NCBI GenBank assembly: GCA_030704615.1
Contig: CM060734.1
Location: 29,884,001-29,948,000, forward strand
Source: Takakia lepidozioides
Lineage: Eukaryota; Plantae; Bryophyta
DNA length: 64,000 nucleotides
Reading direction: 5' to 3'
Positions 1 through 11,288 of the stretch are shown piece by piece; position 1 is the stretch's first letter, and every line of letters starts with the position of its first letter. Made by a program: the position numbers and the translations under genes. The notes under the pieces are model-generated. The model was not told the DNA's origin and ran no database searches. It saw only the letters and a list, made by a program, of their open reading frames with translations.

Positions 1-2778
1 TTGAAGGGCATAATCATAGCCCTACTGTACTCCCTTGCAGCTGGAGTTTTAGGTGGGTTAAAAGCGGCATTGCCCCATACCTCCGGCTGTGGTGGTTGTG
101 GTGTGGTTGTAGTAACCACAGGTTCAGCTACTGGTACAGTGACTTGTTGTGGTGGTGGTGGTACTGGCTCTTGTATCATTGGCATCTCCTGCACCTCCTG
201 TGAAGACTGAAAAGCCAAAGTTTGGCTTGTAAATAAGAAGCCATTAGCTGTTCCTGAGGGATATAGACTCTTTTGTCGATGTTTGAAGTGAGGTCTTCCA
301 CTTGAGTCTGCAGTCCGTCTACATCCTCTTGTAACTCTGCTATCCTACTATAGACATTGTCTATAGTAGTTGTGGCAATGTTTTGCACCTGCAGCCTGAG
401 CTCATTCATCTCGCTTTGGGTGAGCTTTCGTGGTGCTTTGCCCTCTACTGGCCCTTGTGCTAACCAGACCTGCATAAGGCTGTTATCCACCAAGTTGCTT
501 GTGGTTCCCCTAGAGTTTGCTCCTCTCTTAGCTTGTACAATTCCAACTGCTGTTGTAAAGCCTCCATGCGCTTCGCCTGAGGTTCAACCAATTGCGCATA
601 AGCAGCAAGTAGATTATTGGCTTCTTCCAAGCCTTGTTATTGACCGCGATTTCATTTCTATTGGCCATGATGGTTTGTTGCAACTCCACAATGTGCTTCT
701 CTTGATCAGCTTCAATCTGCCTGTATTGCTTGAAAGTATCTTCATTGCGACAGATTGTATTCTTCATATCGACAATGAGCTTCATTTGCTCAACATTCTC
801 TTCTTCTGCCTTCGTACATTTTTCCGCTTGACTGTTTATTTCTTTTTAGATTGGTCAAGCATAGTTGTGAATGTAGCACATTGTATCGCCATCCTGTCAT
901 GCACTGTCTGCAACTCCGTATGTAGTGCATTCACTTCTTGCAACTTGCTTTCATGCTGCACCTGCATTTGGTATAGCTGTTGCTTATGTGCTTCGTGCAA
1001 CTGGTCTTGCGCGAGGCCTGCCTCAATCAATTGTTCCTTGGCCAATTGCAAAGCCACTTCTGTATTTCCCAAGTCCTGCTGCATCTTGAGAGTGACCTCT
1101 TCATCGACCTTGTTTGCACACTCAGTGGCTAGTCGAGCCTCAAACTCCTTCCTGAGTTCCTCTCTCAAGGCTGTCAATTGGGTAATTGGAACATGGGATT
1201 TGACATAAGTCCCCAACAAATTAAGTGTCCTGCCTATGGAACTCATCAGCATTGCCTGTTGAGGGTCATCATGGTGAGGTTGCTGCTGTTCCTCCTGATC
1301 TTCAACAGTGTGATGTCTCACGAACCATTCAGGCCATTGTCCCACCGGATTTTCTTCCTGAACTACTTCATCTATCACCGGTGCTACAGTGTCATGACCT
1401 TCCGCCTGTGGTACCTCCGACACAGGTGTGTGTATTATATGCACCTCAGGATTTCCCTTGGGCAACTGTTGCACCTCTGGGATCTTTGTCTCCTTGACCA
1501 GACCAGAATATTCATAGAGAAGGTCCCCCTTCTCCATTTCTGCCACTATCTGTTCTGTAGTTGGAATATCTAACCCTTCTCTTTCCAAATCAATTATTTC
1601 TGGTTGAGCTGCATGGATAACTTGTGACCTTGTGACAAGTCGATCAGCTGGCTGTGATGGTTGTGATACAGAAGTAACTTCCTCCTCCCTCTCTGAAGGT
1701 CCTGCTTCCAGTAATAGCATTTCTCTGTGCTGCTGTGCCCCTTCCTGGCCATGAGCTTGGAAACATTATCATGCGGAATCCGTGAAGCCAGTGGATCCGC
1801 CACTACAGTCTTTCCCCGTCTCTGCCTCTTAGTCTCGGGTTGCCCTGCTAGTCCACCCTCACTGTGTGAAGAGCCTTGCTCTTCCATTGCAGTTGTTTCT
1901 GGCTCAAACACTCCCATTTCCTTTCTTTCTTGCGCATCAAGTATGCCAGAATCAAGGATTATTTGAGCAATGATTGGGCCAGACACTATGATAGGAGACT
2001 TTGCGGTAGTACCTTGTAATCTTTTCATCTCCTCTACCAGTGCGTTGTACATTATGTCCGCCCATTGTACCTCTTGTCCCTTCAGGCCTTTGAGTATTTC
2101 CTCCGTGAAGGATCTGCTCAAATACTGTTGGTTCTGTTTCATGGCAATCAGAACGTTCAATACCTGGCCTACCTCTTTTAGCCCTGGGTACACAGCCTTG
2201 GTACAAGCATAACCCTGAGTTTTAAAGAAACTCCCTTCTTGGAATAAGTCCCCTATTTGCAGTCTTGCCCTGTGTTCCTCCACATGCACCTGACCTGCTG
2301 GCAATCGAAACAATTGCTGGAGGTATAGGGGAGTAATCATCAATTCAACTCCCTTCACCGTTGTTGTTCCTGCCCTTGGCTCAAAGTTCTGCAAAAATTG
2401 TAACATGTACTGTCTATGGTGTAATGTCCAATCTAGGCTTTGCAATCCTTGCAATCTCAGCTCCTCCAGTATCTGTATCGCCTGTGGGGTAGCAATTGTT
2501 TGTTTCTGCAGAATTGTGGTGCTCTTCACCCTGATTTCCTCCATTCCTCTCACTCTCTTCATTTTAGACTCACAGAACTGTTTTGGCTGTAACAACTGCA
2601 GGAATGCCTGTAGTGCACAAAGCATAAACGTATGGTTGCCGCAGAAAGCTATGGGTAATTTCTTGTAAGCCTGCGGGGCTTGCAAGCATCGCTCAAGAGA
2701 AAAGCTCCGCTCTGTCCTTTCGTGTCTATGCCACTGCGTAAGTAATATTGCGAGCGTATAGTCTGTTAGTTCCTCCAT
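1..2778 (-). pseudogene. Extra 3' ORF of copy A (sense to gag-pol), split by a few frameshifts; N-terminal plant-retroelement accessory-type domain followed by coiled coil
   Basis: ORFs 1594-2793, 836-1720, 528-785 and 176-493 join colinearly and match the same protein in copies C and E; motifs LQFLQNFEPRAGTTTVKGVELMITP and GQEVQWADIMYNALVEEM. Confidence 0.8.
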
Positions 2779-3249
2779 AGTTTCCAAGAGCATTGATGGT
2801 CTGTCCCGTCGAGACGCCCGTTACTCAGAACGACGCCGCCTCTTGCGCTCAATTTCCCTCCATTTTCTTGATCCTTTCTCTGGTTTTCTATTGGCTGTAT
2901 CCGCTGTGACTGGATTTTAGATTTTATTTTCTTTAGTGGACTTTCCCTGTTGGATAGTCCACTAGGATCACACATGTGACAAGAATTCCGCTTTTCTGTA
3001 CTTGCCGTTCGTTCCGTTTCCCTTTTTCCGTATTCATTAATGGGCCCGCCTTTCATCCCTTTTGACGGCCGTTCTTGTCCTCTTTCTTTTTGACACCTGT
3101 TCTTGCACTTCCTTCTCGGCTGTGTGTCGCGCCCTGACCTCCACGTGTCTATTTTTAAAGTAATTTCCGTTTTCTCTTCCGTCAGCCATTTTCCTGAAGT
3201 TATTATGCGTCCACTTGTCACTGATTCTATGGATCGTGTAACTTTAGTA

Positions 3250-3640
3250 GGCTGTGTTGAGCTGTGACAGGCTGTGTCATACTGTGTTACGCTGTGATAG
3301 GCTGTGATGCACTGTGGTAAGCTGTGATAGGCTGTGACACGCCGTGGTAGGTTGTGATAGGCTGTGTTGTGCCGTGCTGGGCTGTGATAGGCTGTGCTGC
3401 CTGATGGGCTGTGATAGGCTTGTCACGTCGTGATGGGCTGTGATAGGCTGTGCTTTGCCTTGATGGGCTGTGATAGGCTATGTCACGTCGTGATGGGCTG
3501 TGATAGGCTGTGCTTTGCCTTGATGGGCTGTGATAGGCTATGTCACGTCGTGATGGGCTGTGATAGGCTGTGTCACGTCGTGATGGGCTGTGATAGGCTG
3601 TGCTTTGCCTTGATGGGCTGTGATAGGCTGTGTCACGTTT
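3250..3640. repeat. 30-bp GGCTGTG-rich minisatellite between pol and the 3' ORF
   Basis: Tandem tgatgggctgtgataggctgtg(tcacgtcg/ctttgcct) units; also at 11290-11380, 34095-34350 and 63540-63630. Confidence 0.9.
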
Positions 3641-6600
3641 GTTTTTCCCGCCCTGGTCATATATGCTGGCCTAGCGACAAGTGCTCCATACTCCGTTCGT
3701 AACACTGGTGCAGCCCGTGACTGCTCTTGCGGTTCAACATGCAAATCATGCTGCAAGGGTTTGTCATGGATACCACTGTACCCCTTCAACTTATTGGCAT
3801 TGACTCTTCCCAGCATTTCTTTGTTAATGGTTTGTAACATGGCGGTGTTGTTATCATACATCTTTTGTATGACATAAGGTCCTTTCCATGGTGATTTAAG
3901 CTTAGAAGCTTGAATCTTTCCTTTCTTCTGCAACCATAGAACCAAATCCCCCGTCTTAAAAGTCTTTAACTTGCCTTCATCAAACTGTTCCTTTCGCTTC
4001 ATCTGAATTCTGGTCATATTATCAGCTGCATCAGCACGTACTTCTTCCACATGGTATAATTCATGTTTCCTGACCTTGATGGAGTCTTGCAATTCCATTC
4101 TCTTTCCCCACTCCGTTCTCATGGTAGGTAACAGGAATTCCACTGGAAGTAAGGCTTCCATACCATAAACTAATTGGAATGGTGTATACTTAGTGGTGAC
4201 TTTATATGAAGTCCTGTATGACCACAAAGCTGTCAGCAGCTTTGTATCCCAATCCGTTCTGTTTGCATTGACTATCTTAGCCAAGATAGTACATAGTATT
4301 TTGTTGGTAGCCTCTGCCTGCCCATTACCCTGTGGGTAATATGTTGTACTCTTTCTATGCACAATCATAAACTCTTTAGTCAACAACTCAATGGTCTCAT
4401 TCATGAAGTGACTTCCCTGATCACTGATAAATTCTAAGGGACAGCCAAATCGTGTAAGTATGTTCTCGTACAGGAACCTTGCTGTGGACTTGGCTGTGTT
4501 GTCCCTCAAAGCTTTAGCTTCCACCCACTTTGTAGTATAATCAGTGGCTGTAATTATGTACCTGTTTCGTGTATTCTTGGATGGTGGGTTAATTGGTCCA
4601 ACAAAGTCTAGTCCCCATTTCTGAAATGGTTCCGTAGGCATTGTAGGATGCAAGGCCATCCTTCCAGATCTCTGCAAAGGTCCTAGCCTCTGACATTCAT
4701 CACACTTCTGACAATACTCGTGTACATCTTTGAACAAAGTAGGCCACCAGTATCCTGCGAGTAGTATCTTTCTACTGGTAGTCTCTTCTCCAAAATGACC
4801 TCCAGCCACTCCTTTATGAACTTCCGCCAAAACTTTATTTACTTCATGGTGGTACAAGCATCGTTTTAGTACTCCATCAGGTCCTAACTTATACATTCTG
4901 CTTCCTACCATAGTATAAGGTAAAGCTTTGATAGCGATTCTCTTCCTCTGCTCCTTACCATAACTAGGTGGGCACTGACCATGAGCAAGGTAGTATCTGA
5001 TTGGCCACTGCCAATCTAACCAGTCATCTGCACTTCCCTGCACCTCCACTGCAAAGAGACTCGCATCTGGTAATTGATCATCTATTCCTGTGGCTGGTTC
5101 TCCTGTTGACAATCGTGACAAATGATCCGCCACAAGATGCAGTCTCCCAGGCTTGTAAACAACCTCGAACTCAAACTCGTGCAAGATTATCAACCATCTT
5201 GCTATTCTTCCGCTTATCAGAGGTTTGTTTACCAGGTATATCAGAGCCTGGTGATCCACATAGAACATAAACTTCTTGCCCAACAGGTAATGCCTGAATT
5301 TCTTCACTGCATAGATCATTGCCAATGCTTCTCTTTCCGTTGTGCTATAGTTCCTCTCAGCACTGTTCATCAACCGGCTAGCATAGTACACAGGTGAATC
5401 TATATTCCCTGTAACATTCTGGGCTAACACCGCTCCCAACGCTTCTCCTGATGCATCGCAGTGAACATGGAATACTACATGCCAGTGAGGGTTAATCAGC
5501 ACAGGTGTAGTTGTTACTGACAGTGTAAGTTCCTCAAATGCCTGTTGACATTCAGCTGTCCAGGCAAACACTGCATCTTTCTTCAGTAGTTTGCTCAATG
5601 GTGCTGCTATTTGTGCATACCTTTTGACAAATCTCCTGTAATAACTGGTTTGCCCAAGGAATCTCCGTAGACTTTTAACATTCACTGGTGGTGGAGAGGC
5701 TTTAATGGACTCTGTCTTTCTGGGATCCACAAGGAGTCCCTTCTTACACACAATGTGTCCCAGAAGCACCCCTGAGTTCACACAGAAAGTACACTTCTCT
5801 GGATTCAGGCCCAGACCTCTCATCCTGCATCTGGCCAAACATAACTCCAATTTATGCAAGTGCTCACTCTTAGAGCTGTACACACTGAAATCATCCAAGA
5901 ATACCTGCATGAAATCATCCAGATACTCATGAAAAGATTCACTTATCACTCTCTGAAAGGTCGCTGGTGCATTACAAAGTCCAAAGGGCATGACTTTGTA
6001 TGCATAAGCCCCCCAGTCTGTGATGAAAGCTGTTTTCCCTTGGTCTTCTTCTGCCACTTGCACTTGATTATAACCACTGAAGCCATCCATGAATGAGTAC
6101 ATCTCATGGCCTGCCACAGTGTCTAATACTGCTTCTGTGAATGGCAAAGGGAAAGGATCTTTCTTCGTACAAGCATTCAGCTTCTTATAGTTCACACATA
6201 CTCTTAGTTTGCCATTCTTCTTGGGAACTATAACAATGGGTGACAACCAAGTTGTATACTCTATTGGGTATATAAACTTAGCCTCAGCCAACTTCTTTAT
6301 CTCTTCTCCAACCTTCTGTGCGTAGTTGGGATTCATTCTATACCTCGCCTGCTTGATTGGTACTGACCCTGGTTCCAGTTCAATCTTATGCTGACAGACT
6401 TCAGGTGGTATCCCTTTTAGATCCTCATAGCTCCAAGCAAATACATCTCTGTATTTGATGAACAAGCTTTTAGCTTCTTCGAAGAATTCCGGCTCCAAAT
6501 CAGCTCCTACTTTCACCATCCTCGGTTCCTCTTTAGTTCCCACATTTACTTCCCTCACCTGCTCATCAGCTGTGATTGTCCAACCAGTCACCACTTCATC

Positions 6601-7488
6601 CTGTAAGCTCACAGTGGCTGGTTCTTCTAGGATTTCTATTTCTCCTTCTCTTTCTTCATAGAAATGTGATGGGTAAATGCTGGTTTCCTCTTCAGTTGGT
6701 GTTGCTGTCACTACACCACAGCAGATACCTCTCAAACAACTTAGGCTTTCCAGCCGCATCTCTGCAACCTGCTCCCACTCTGGGTGTGCAGCAAATAGGG
6801 TAGCTTCCTGCTCCTCATCCAGTCCTCCTTTCCAGTCATACTCTCTGACTCCTCGAGGTCTTCTTGTAGCAGGTAATCTACTAGATTTCTTTGTGGTAAT
6901 TTGTATCTCGTGTATCCCATTATGCACGGTTAGTAACTGAGAATTCCAGTCATGGAATACCCTGGCCTGTTTCAGCCACGGACGTCCCAATAATAAGGAG
7001 TAAGCCTCCATGACTTCATCCATTTTTAATACAGTTACTGTGATCATAAAGATCATTTTCTGTATCTGTATCTTAACTCCTCTTATTAATCCCAATGGCT
7101 GTACACTTCTTTGATCTGCCATTGTTACTGTAAATGGGGCTGGTTTCATGTTACTTAGACCAAGCTTCTTCCTTAATTGGTCTGTCATGATATTTACTCC
7201 AGAACCACCATCTATCAGTACATCAGTTAGTTCTGTGCTTCCAATTCTCAATTGGATTACTGGCATAGAATCATCAAAGTCCATGACTGTTTCTCGCCCT
7301 TCCGGCTTCACATTATAACTGGTCACCTTGCTGTTCAGGTCTGTGTTTCCTGTCTCTTGGGCAATTCGATTGATTGCTTGATACAGCCTGTGCCTACAAT
7401 AAGGTGCCACAGCTAATAGCTGTCCAATGGTAATTTCTGCTTTGGTCTGGCATATTACTTCAGCCAAAGTCTCTTCATTACTTTGCAT
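3538..7488 (-). CDS. pol: Pol polyprotein: aspartic protease, reverse transcriptase, RNase H, integrase (GPY motif, no chromodomain seen)
   Basis: 1316-aa open frame; LIDGGS, MPFGLCNAPATFQR, FLDD, HCDAS...TTEREALA...VDH, H..GGHF...C..C, GLDFVGP...SDQG...GQAE, WKGPY. Confidence 0.97.
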   Translation of the reverse strand: MQSNEETLAEVICQTKAEITIGQLLAVAPYCRHRLYQAINRIAQETGNTDLNSKVTSYNVKPEGRETVMDFDDSMPVIQLRIGSTELTDVLIDGGSGVNIMTDQLRKKLGLSNMKPAPFTVTMADQRSVQPLGLIRGVKIQIQKMIFMITVTVLKMDEVMEAYSLLLGRPWLKQARVFHDWNSQLLTVHNGIHEIQITTKKSSRLPATRRPRGVREYDWKGGLDEEQEATLFAAHPEWEQVAEMRLESLSCLRGICCGVVTATPTEEETSIYPSHFYEEREGEIEILEEPATVSLQDEVVTGWTITADEQVREVNVGTKEEPRMVKVGADLEPEFFEEAKSLFIKYRDVFAWSYEDLKGIPPEVCQHKIELEPGSVPIKQARYRMNPNYAQKVGEEIKKLAEAKFIYPIEYTTWLSPIVIVPKKNGKLRVCVNYKKLNACTKKDPFPLPFTEAVLDTVAGHEMYSFMDGFSGYNQVQVAEEDQGKTAFITDWGAYAYKVMPFGLCNAPATFQRVISESFHEYLDDFMQVFLDDFSVYSSKSEHLHKLELCLARCRMRGLGLNPEKCTFCVNSGVLLGHIVCKKGLLVDPRKTESIKASPPPVNVKSLRRFLGQTSYYRRFVKRYAQIAAPLSKLLKKDAVFAWTAECQQAFEELTLSVTTTPVLINPHWHVVFHVHCDASGEALGAVLAQNVTGNIDSPVYYASRLMNSAERNYSTTEREALAMIYAVKKFRHYLLGKKFMFYVDHQALIYLVNKPLISGRIARWLIILHEFEFEVVYKPGRLHLVADHLSRLSTGEPATGIDDQLPDASLFAVEVQGSADDWLDWQWPIRYYLAHGQCPPSYGKEQRKRIAIKALPYTMVGSRMYKLGPDGVLKRCLYHHEVNKVLAEVHKGVAGGHFGEETTSRKILLAGYWWPTLFKDVHEYCQKCDECQRLGPLQRSGRMALHPTMPTEPFQKWGLDFVGPINPPSKNTRNRYIITATDYTTKWVEAKALRDNTAKSTARFLYENILTRFGCPLEFISDQGSHFMNETIELLTKEFMIVHRKSTTYYPQGNGQAEATNKILCTILAKIVNANRTDWDTKLLTALWSYRTSYKVTTKYTPFQLVYGMEALLPVEFLLPTMRTEWGKRMELQDSIKVRKHELYHVEEVRADAADNMTRIQMKRKEQFDEGKLKTFKTGDLVLWLQKKGKIQASKLKSPWKGPYVIQKMYDNNTAMLQTINKEMLGRVNANKLKGYSGIHDKPLQHDLHVEPQEQSRAAPVLRTEYGALVARPAYMTRAGKTNVTQPITAHQGKAQPITAHHDVTQPITAHHDVT

Positions 7489-9773
7489 GTCTGCATCTTC
7501 TTTTTCCTTTCTTCCTCACTCCCTTCTTTTTCTCCATCCGAATCAGAGGAATCTGCCACAGGAATATCAGTACTCTTTTGCATTTCCCTTATAGTATCTG
7601 CCACTTCCTTGTGCAGTTCCTTCTCATCTTTCCAAGTCTCTTCATCTTCAGGCATATCATTGCCACTTCCATTCTCATCTTCTTCCTCTTCTACTGGAGG
7701 TATTAGTTTGGCTTTACTTCTTGTTACTATCATTGTACTTACTTCTGGTACAACACATGGCCTAACCATGTGAGCTGCCACCACTGGGCCCTCATTCACA
7801 GGAGCTCTCATCTCATTCTGGTGTCTCCAGAATGAACAGGCTGCCTTGCGATGTCCTGGCTGATTACAATAGTAACATAGCTCTTCACCATTGGGTCCTC
7901 GCCCTTGGTCTGTTCTTGGATTATTTCTATAATCCTGATTCCCGGGCTGGTAATTCCCCCTTGGATTACCCTGATAGTTGCCTCTGGAATTTCCTTGGTA
8001 ATTCCCTCTTGAATTACCTCTCCCTTCCATGCCATTGTTATAACCACCAGACCTACCATAGTGGTCCTGATCATTGTTTCTTCTTGGCTGGGGCTGCACC
8101 TGATGCACCCTTACTTGCCTAGGTTCTCTTGCAGCTGTCCTTCTGTTGTAGTAACAATTCTCAGTAGAATGGTTATCCATTTTACAGATAGTACAGTGTT
8201 TCTCCTTCATGTGGCATTCTGTGGTGGTATGGCCTTCATTCTGGCACTTTGCACACCATACACCCTTCCTCCAATGTGTTGCAGCCTCTGTGGCATACTT
8301 CTTCAAGATTTCTTCCAATTTTTTTTCATAGTTATCCCTCTTCAACTTCTCCTTTCTCTTACTCTTTCTTTTTAGTTCTTGCTCTTCTTCTTCATCTGAC
8401 TCATCCTCAGAGTCCTCATCTTCTTTTTTCTCTCTCCTGAGCATTCCCAATTGCTCAATTCTGTTCGCAGTTTCAAATGCCTCCTCCACTGTATTATGGG
8501 GTAACATATCCACTTTCTTTTGCAACTCTGGTCTTAGTCCACTCACAAACCAAGTCTTCTGTAAACCGGGCGCTGGTACTGCAGCCAGCTTTTTCATCAT
8601 CAATTCCATCTTCTCCATATACTCTTCAACAGTTTCATGCTTCTTCTGCTTCAGCTGTTGTAAACTTCCATACACTTCATCCTCAGTTTTACTTGTCCTG
8701 AACCTATTTCGAAATGCTGTATTCAAGCCATTCCAGGTTAGGAAATGATTATCAGGGAATCTTGCATACCATTCACTTGCTTTCTTGATAAGTGAACAAG
8801 GAAACAGTCTCATCTTGGCATCATCGCCATTCTCATTGTTCACTATACACATGTGCTCAAATTGGCTAATGTGTACATCGGGATCCCCTTTTCCTGAATA
8901 TATTGGAAAGGGTGGTTTTGCCCGTGTTGGTTGTAACGCCATCTGTGGCCCTACCTTCTGCCCACTGACAGGTGCTGGCACCCTTGCTGGTGCTGGTCCT
9001 TCTGGACCTGTTGTTTTTGTGGTGGATCTTCCACCAAGTGGTGGCCCTTGAGCACTCCCTGCTTCTGGCCCCACGATATTCACAGTATTCCCAGCTTCAG
9101 TTGCACTACTTCCCACACTCCCTGTCCCCCCAGAGCCAGATCCAGGCAGCCCGCCTGATCCCCCTGAGCCGACACCTTCGTTGGCCTGTGATCCAAGTGC
9201 TCCACTTGATCCAGGTCCAACGGGTTGGGATGTCCTGGTTGTAGTCTCAACCTCAGCTGTTGGGTCTACTTCTTCATATTCTTCCTCTTCCAATTTCTTC
9301 TCTCTGTTTTCATCCTCCAAGTTCTGCCCTTGGGTTTCTTCTTCACTCATGTAACTCAACTGTAATGGTGTTGGAGAGTCTGAACTCTCCGTTGGCTCTG
9401 CCACATCCTCTTCTCCTTCTTCACCTTCTGCTTCAGAAACTGGAGTTCCTGCTTTTGGTGTTCCATGCCAACTCTTATCAAAGATTTCTGTCAAGTCTTT
9501 TATCCAAGGATGTACCTCAGATCTTTCACCTCGTGATTGATCTTCTTCCTGTACCAATTCCCTTAATCTTTCTTGCAAAGAAACAGAAGGAGTGGCATCC
9601 AACTCTAGTTCTTCCGGTATAGGTGATGTACTCTTTGATCTTAATGGTGTGAGAGGTCCAGATGATTCCCCTATGTCTATTCCTCTCTCCCAAAGATATG
9701 GATAATTAGCTTTCAGATAGCTTTCTCTTTTTGCTGAATATCTCTGTCGTCTAGCTTCTCTTTCATCACTCAT
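7455..9773 (-). CDS. gag: Gag with retrotransposon gag domain and three CCHC zinc knuckles
   Basis: 772 aa; YSGKGDPDVHI...LFPCSL..KASEWY...QLKQKKHETVEEY; CAKCQNEGHTTTEC, CTICKMDNHSTENC, CYYCNQPGHRKAAC. Confidence 0.95.
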   Translation of the reverse strand: MSDEREARRQRYSAKRESYLKANYPYLWERGIDIGESSGPLTPLRSKSTSPIPEELELDATPSVSLQERLRELVQEEDQSRGERSEVHPWIKDLTEIFDKSWHGTPKAGTPVSEAEGEEGEEDVAEPTESSDSPTPLQLSYMSEEETQGQNLEDENREKKLEEEEYEEVDPTAEVETTTRTSQPVGPGSSGALGSQANEGVGSGGSGGLPGSGSGGTGSVGSSATEAGNTVNIVGPEAGSAQGPPLGGRSTTKTTGPEGPAPARVPAPVSGQKVGPQMALQPTRAKPPFPIYSGKGDPDVHISQFEHMCIVNNENGDDAKMRLFPCSLIKKASEWYARFPDNHFLTWNGLNTAFRNRFRTSKTEDEVYGSLQQLKQKKHETVEEYMEKMELMMKKLAAVPAPGLQKTWFVSGLRPELQKKVDMLPHNTVEEAFETANRIEQLGMLRREKKEDEDSEDESDEEEEQELKRKSKRKEKLKRDNYEKKLEEILKKYATEAATHWRKGVWCAKCQNEGHTTTECHMKEKHCTICKMDNHSTENCYYNRRTAAREPRQVRVHQVQPQPRRNNDQDHYGRSGGYNNGMEGRGNSRGNYQGNSRGNYQGNPRGNYQPGNQDYRNNPRTDQGRGPNGEELCYYCNQPGHRKAACSFWRHQNEMRAPVNEGPVVAAHMVRPCVVPEVSTMIVTRSKAKLIPPVEEEEDENGSGNDMPEDEETWKDEKELHKEVADTIREMQKSTDIPVADSSDSDGEKEGSEEERKKKMQTCKVMKRLWLK

Positions 9774-9794
9774 GTCCCATGTCTTTCATTTCTT

Positions 9795-10490
9795 TTAATG
9801 TGGCAATAACCAAAACTCTCTTCTGTAATATCTCTCGTATATGCCTGGGTTTCTTTCAAGCTTCAATGCACCCTTGGCTATACTTGAAGTCTCCGTTACC
9901 ATATAACCATATGGCAAACAAGTCTGAAAAGCTGTTCTTGGTGTGAGTTTGATCCACAAAATATCCTTTGGAATCCAATTCTTTACCAGTACAAGCTCTT
10001 CATGCATATGAGTATAAACATTCACCTTTCTTTCTTCCCAGCCTTCAAACTCTACTCGTTTAATGGATAGCAATGCTATCACATAAACCAATGTTGGTAA
10101 CCAACGTGCTCTTCCTCTACAGGCTACCTGATAAATCTTTATCACTCCTTTCTCCAGACCCCATTCTGGATCAGCATCATGCACTCGCTTAAGAATATTT
10201 TCTTTACAACCGTCTGGCAATTCCAAGAACCTTTGAAAGAATTGTTTGGACAATCTTTCTTCCTTCGTTCCACAGGGAATTTGATTCACTTCAAATTCTT
10301 TAATGGTCCAACCACCATGATCCCACCAGATGCCTGTCACATCTGGTTGTTCATGTCTCAGGTCCCCAGTATGGTCGCCAAATGTCGCGCGGCTTTTACT
10401 CACCCATCCCTTCGCTATTCGAGGCGGAAACTCCAAGATAGAAGAGTTGGAAATCTCTAAGTACTCAGCCCGCGCAGAACAATCAGTCAT
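9795..10490 (-). CDS. ORF0: 231-aa protein of unknown function upstream of gag, with an F-box-like motif
   Basis: Intact ATG-TAA ORF ending 21 nt before the gag ATG; homologous copies at 25177-25870, 38285-38391 and 39676-40371. Confidence 0.8.
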   Translation of the reverse strand: MTDCSARAEYLEISNSSILEFPPRIAKGWVSKSRATFGDHTGDLRHEQPDVTGIWWDHGGWTIKEFEVNQIPCGTKEERLSKQFFQRFLELPDGCKENILKRVHDADPEWGLEKGVIKIYQVACRGRARWLPTLVYVIALLSIKRVEFEGWEERKVNVYTHMHEELVLVKNWIPKDILWIKLTPRTAFQTCLPYGYMVTETSSIAKGALKLERNPGIYERYYRREFWLLPH

Positions 10491-10559
10491 GACCTACAGC
10501 TAGTGTATCATGGGGGTGTTTCCTATTTGTTTCCCTTTTGGTATTCATGTTAGCTATCT

Positions 10560-11288
10560 TACCATTGATAATTAAGTATCAGTTTGCTTTATCAATCTAT
10601 TGGATTCCATCAACTCATCCATTCATTTCACAGCTTCACTCAGATCTCTCTACACAGTGTGATTGTATCGTAAAAGTATCCGATTATGATCAGGTATCAG
10701 GCCGAAGCCATTGTGTCTCTAATCTGCTCTACAATATCATTACAGCCTTGCATATATCAAGCATCTACTCATCATCTCTCTATCTTCACTTCCGTTCTTC
10801 ATCTCTGCCCGATCCCCTCTCCTCCATGACCAAGAAGTCCTCCTCCGAATGATATCCCTCAATTCCCCGTTTTCCCTTTATCTTCCTATCCGTGGTTCTA
10901 ACCGTTTCCCTCACTAACCGTCGTCTGTGAACTAACATGTTCCCTTCGCAGGTGTTGTTCCCCACAGTCGTTCCCTGTCCTACTCTTCGTTCCCTATGAT
11001 CGTGACAGCTGTGTCAAGCTGTGACTGGCTGTGTGAAACTGTGACGGGCTGTGACTGGCTGTGCGACTGTGTTTGGCTGTGTCGGGCTGTGACTGGCTGT
11101 GTGGCTGTGCCGGGCTGTGTCGGCTGTGTCGGCTGTGACGACTGTGACGACTGTGATGGGCTGTGTAACCCCCCTCTACAGTGCGCTGCTGTCACCCCTA
11201 AGGCTCCTGTTGGTCTCAGTCTGTGCAAAAATTAAGGGTACCCTACAGATCCCGTATAAGTGTCTAAGTCCCCGACAGTCCTCTAACA
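10560..11288 (-). repeat. 5' LTR of copy A (inner boundary approximate)
   Basis: Starts TGTTAGAG on minus; homologous to 37656-38220, 24530-25110 and 58550-59304; contains GGCTGT microrepeats. Confidence 0.85.

Larger units (their letters stand above)
1..11288 (-). mobile_element. Ty3/Gypsy LTR retrotransposon copy A (near-intact; 3' end beyond window start): 5'LTR-ORF0-gag-pol-minisatellite-3' ORF
   Basis: PR-RT-RH-INT order on minus strand; LTR begins TGTTAGAG (minus) at 11288; homologous to copies at 14516-37655 and 58550-64000. Confidence 0.95.

Noticed and set aside
1-2778. Envelope (env) gene
   Set aside because: The position fits, but no convincing signal peptide, transmembrane helix or fusion-protein motif is visible.
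7455-7520. Programmed gag-pol ribosomal frameshift in copy A
   Set aside because: Copy C reads through in frame (agg aag aaa gaa gtt gca gac atg). A lacks one base in an A-run, so this is a mutation or sequencing error in a single gag-pol ORF.
357-9622. Plus-strand ORFs antisense to gag, pol and the 3' ORF
   Set aside because: Shadow frames of the real minus-strand genes, with no recognisable motifs.
10490-10575. tRNA primer-binding site
   Set aside because: No clear match to the canonical TGGTATCAGAGC. A tggtaag(a/g)tagc candidate is not conserved in copy C, so the PBS and exact LTR end are left uncalled.
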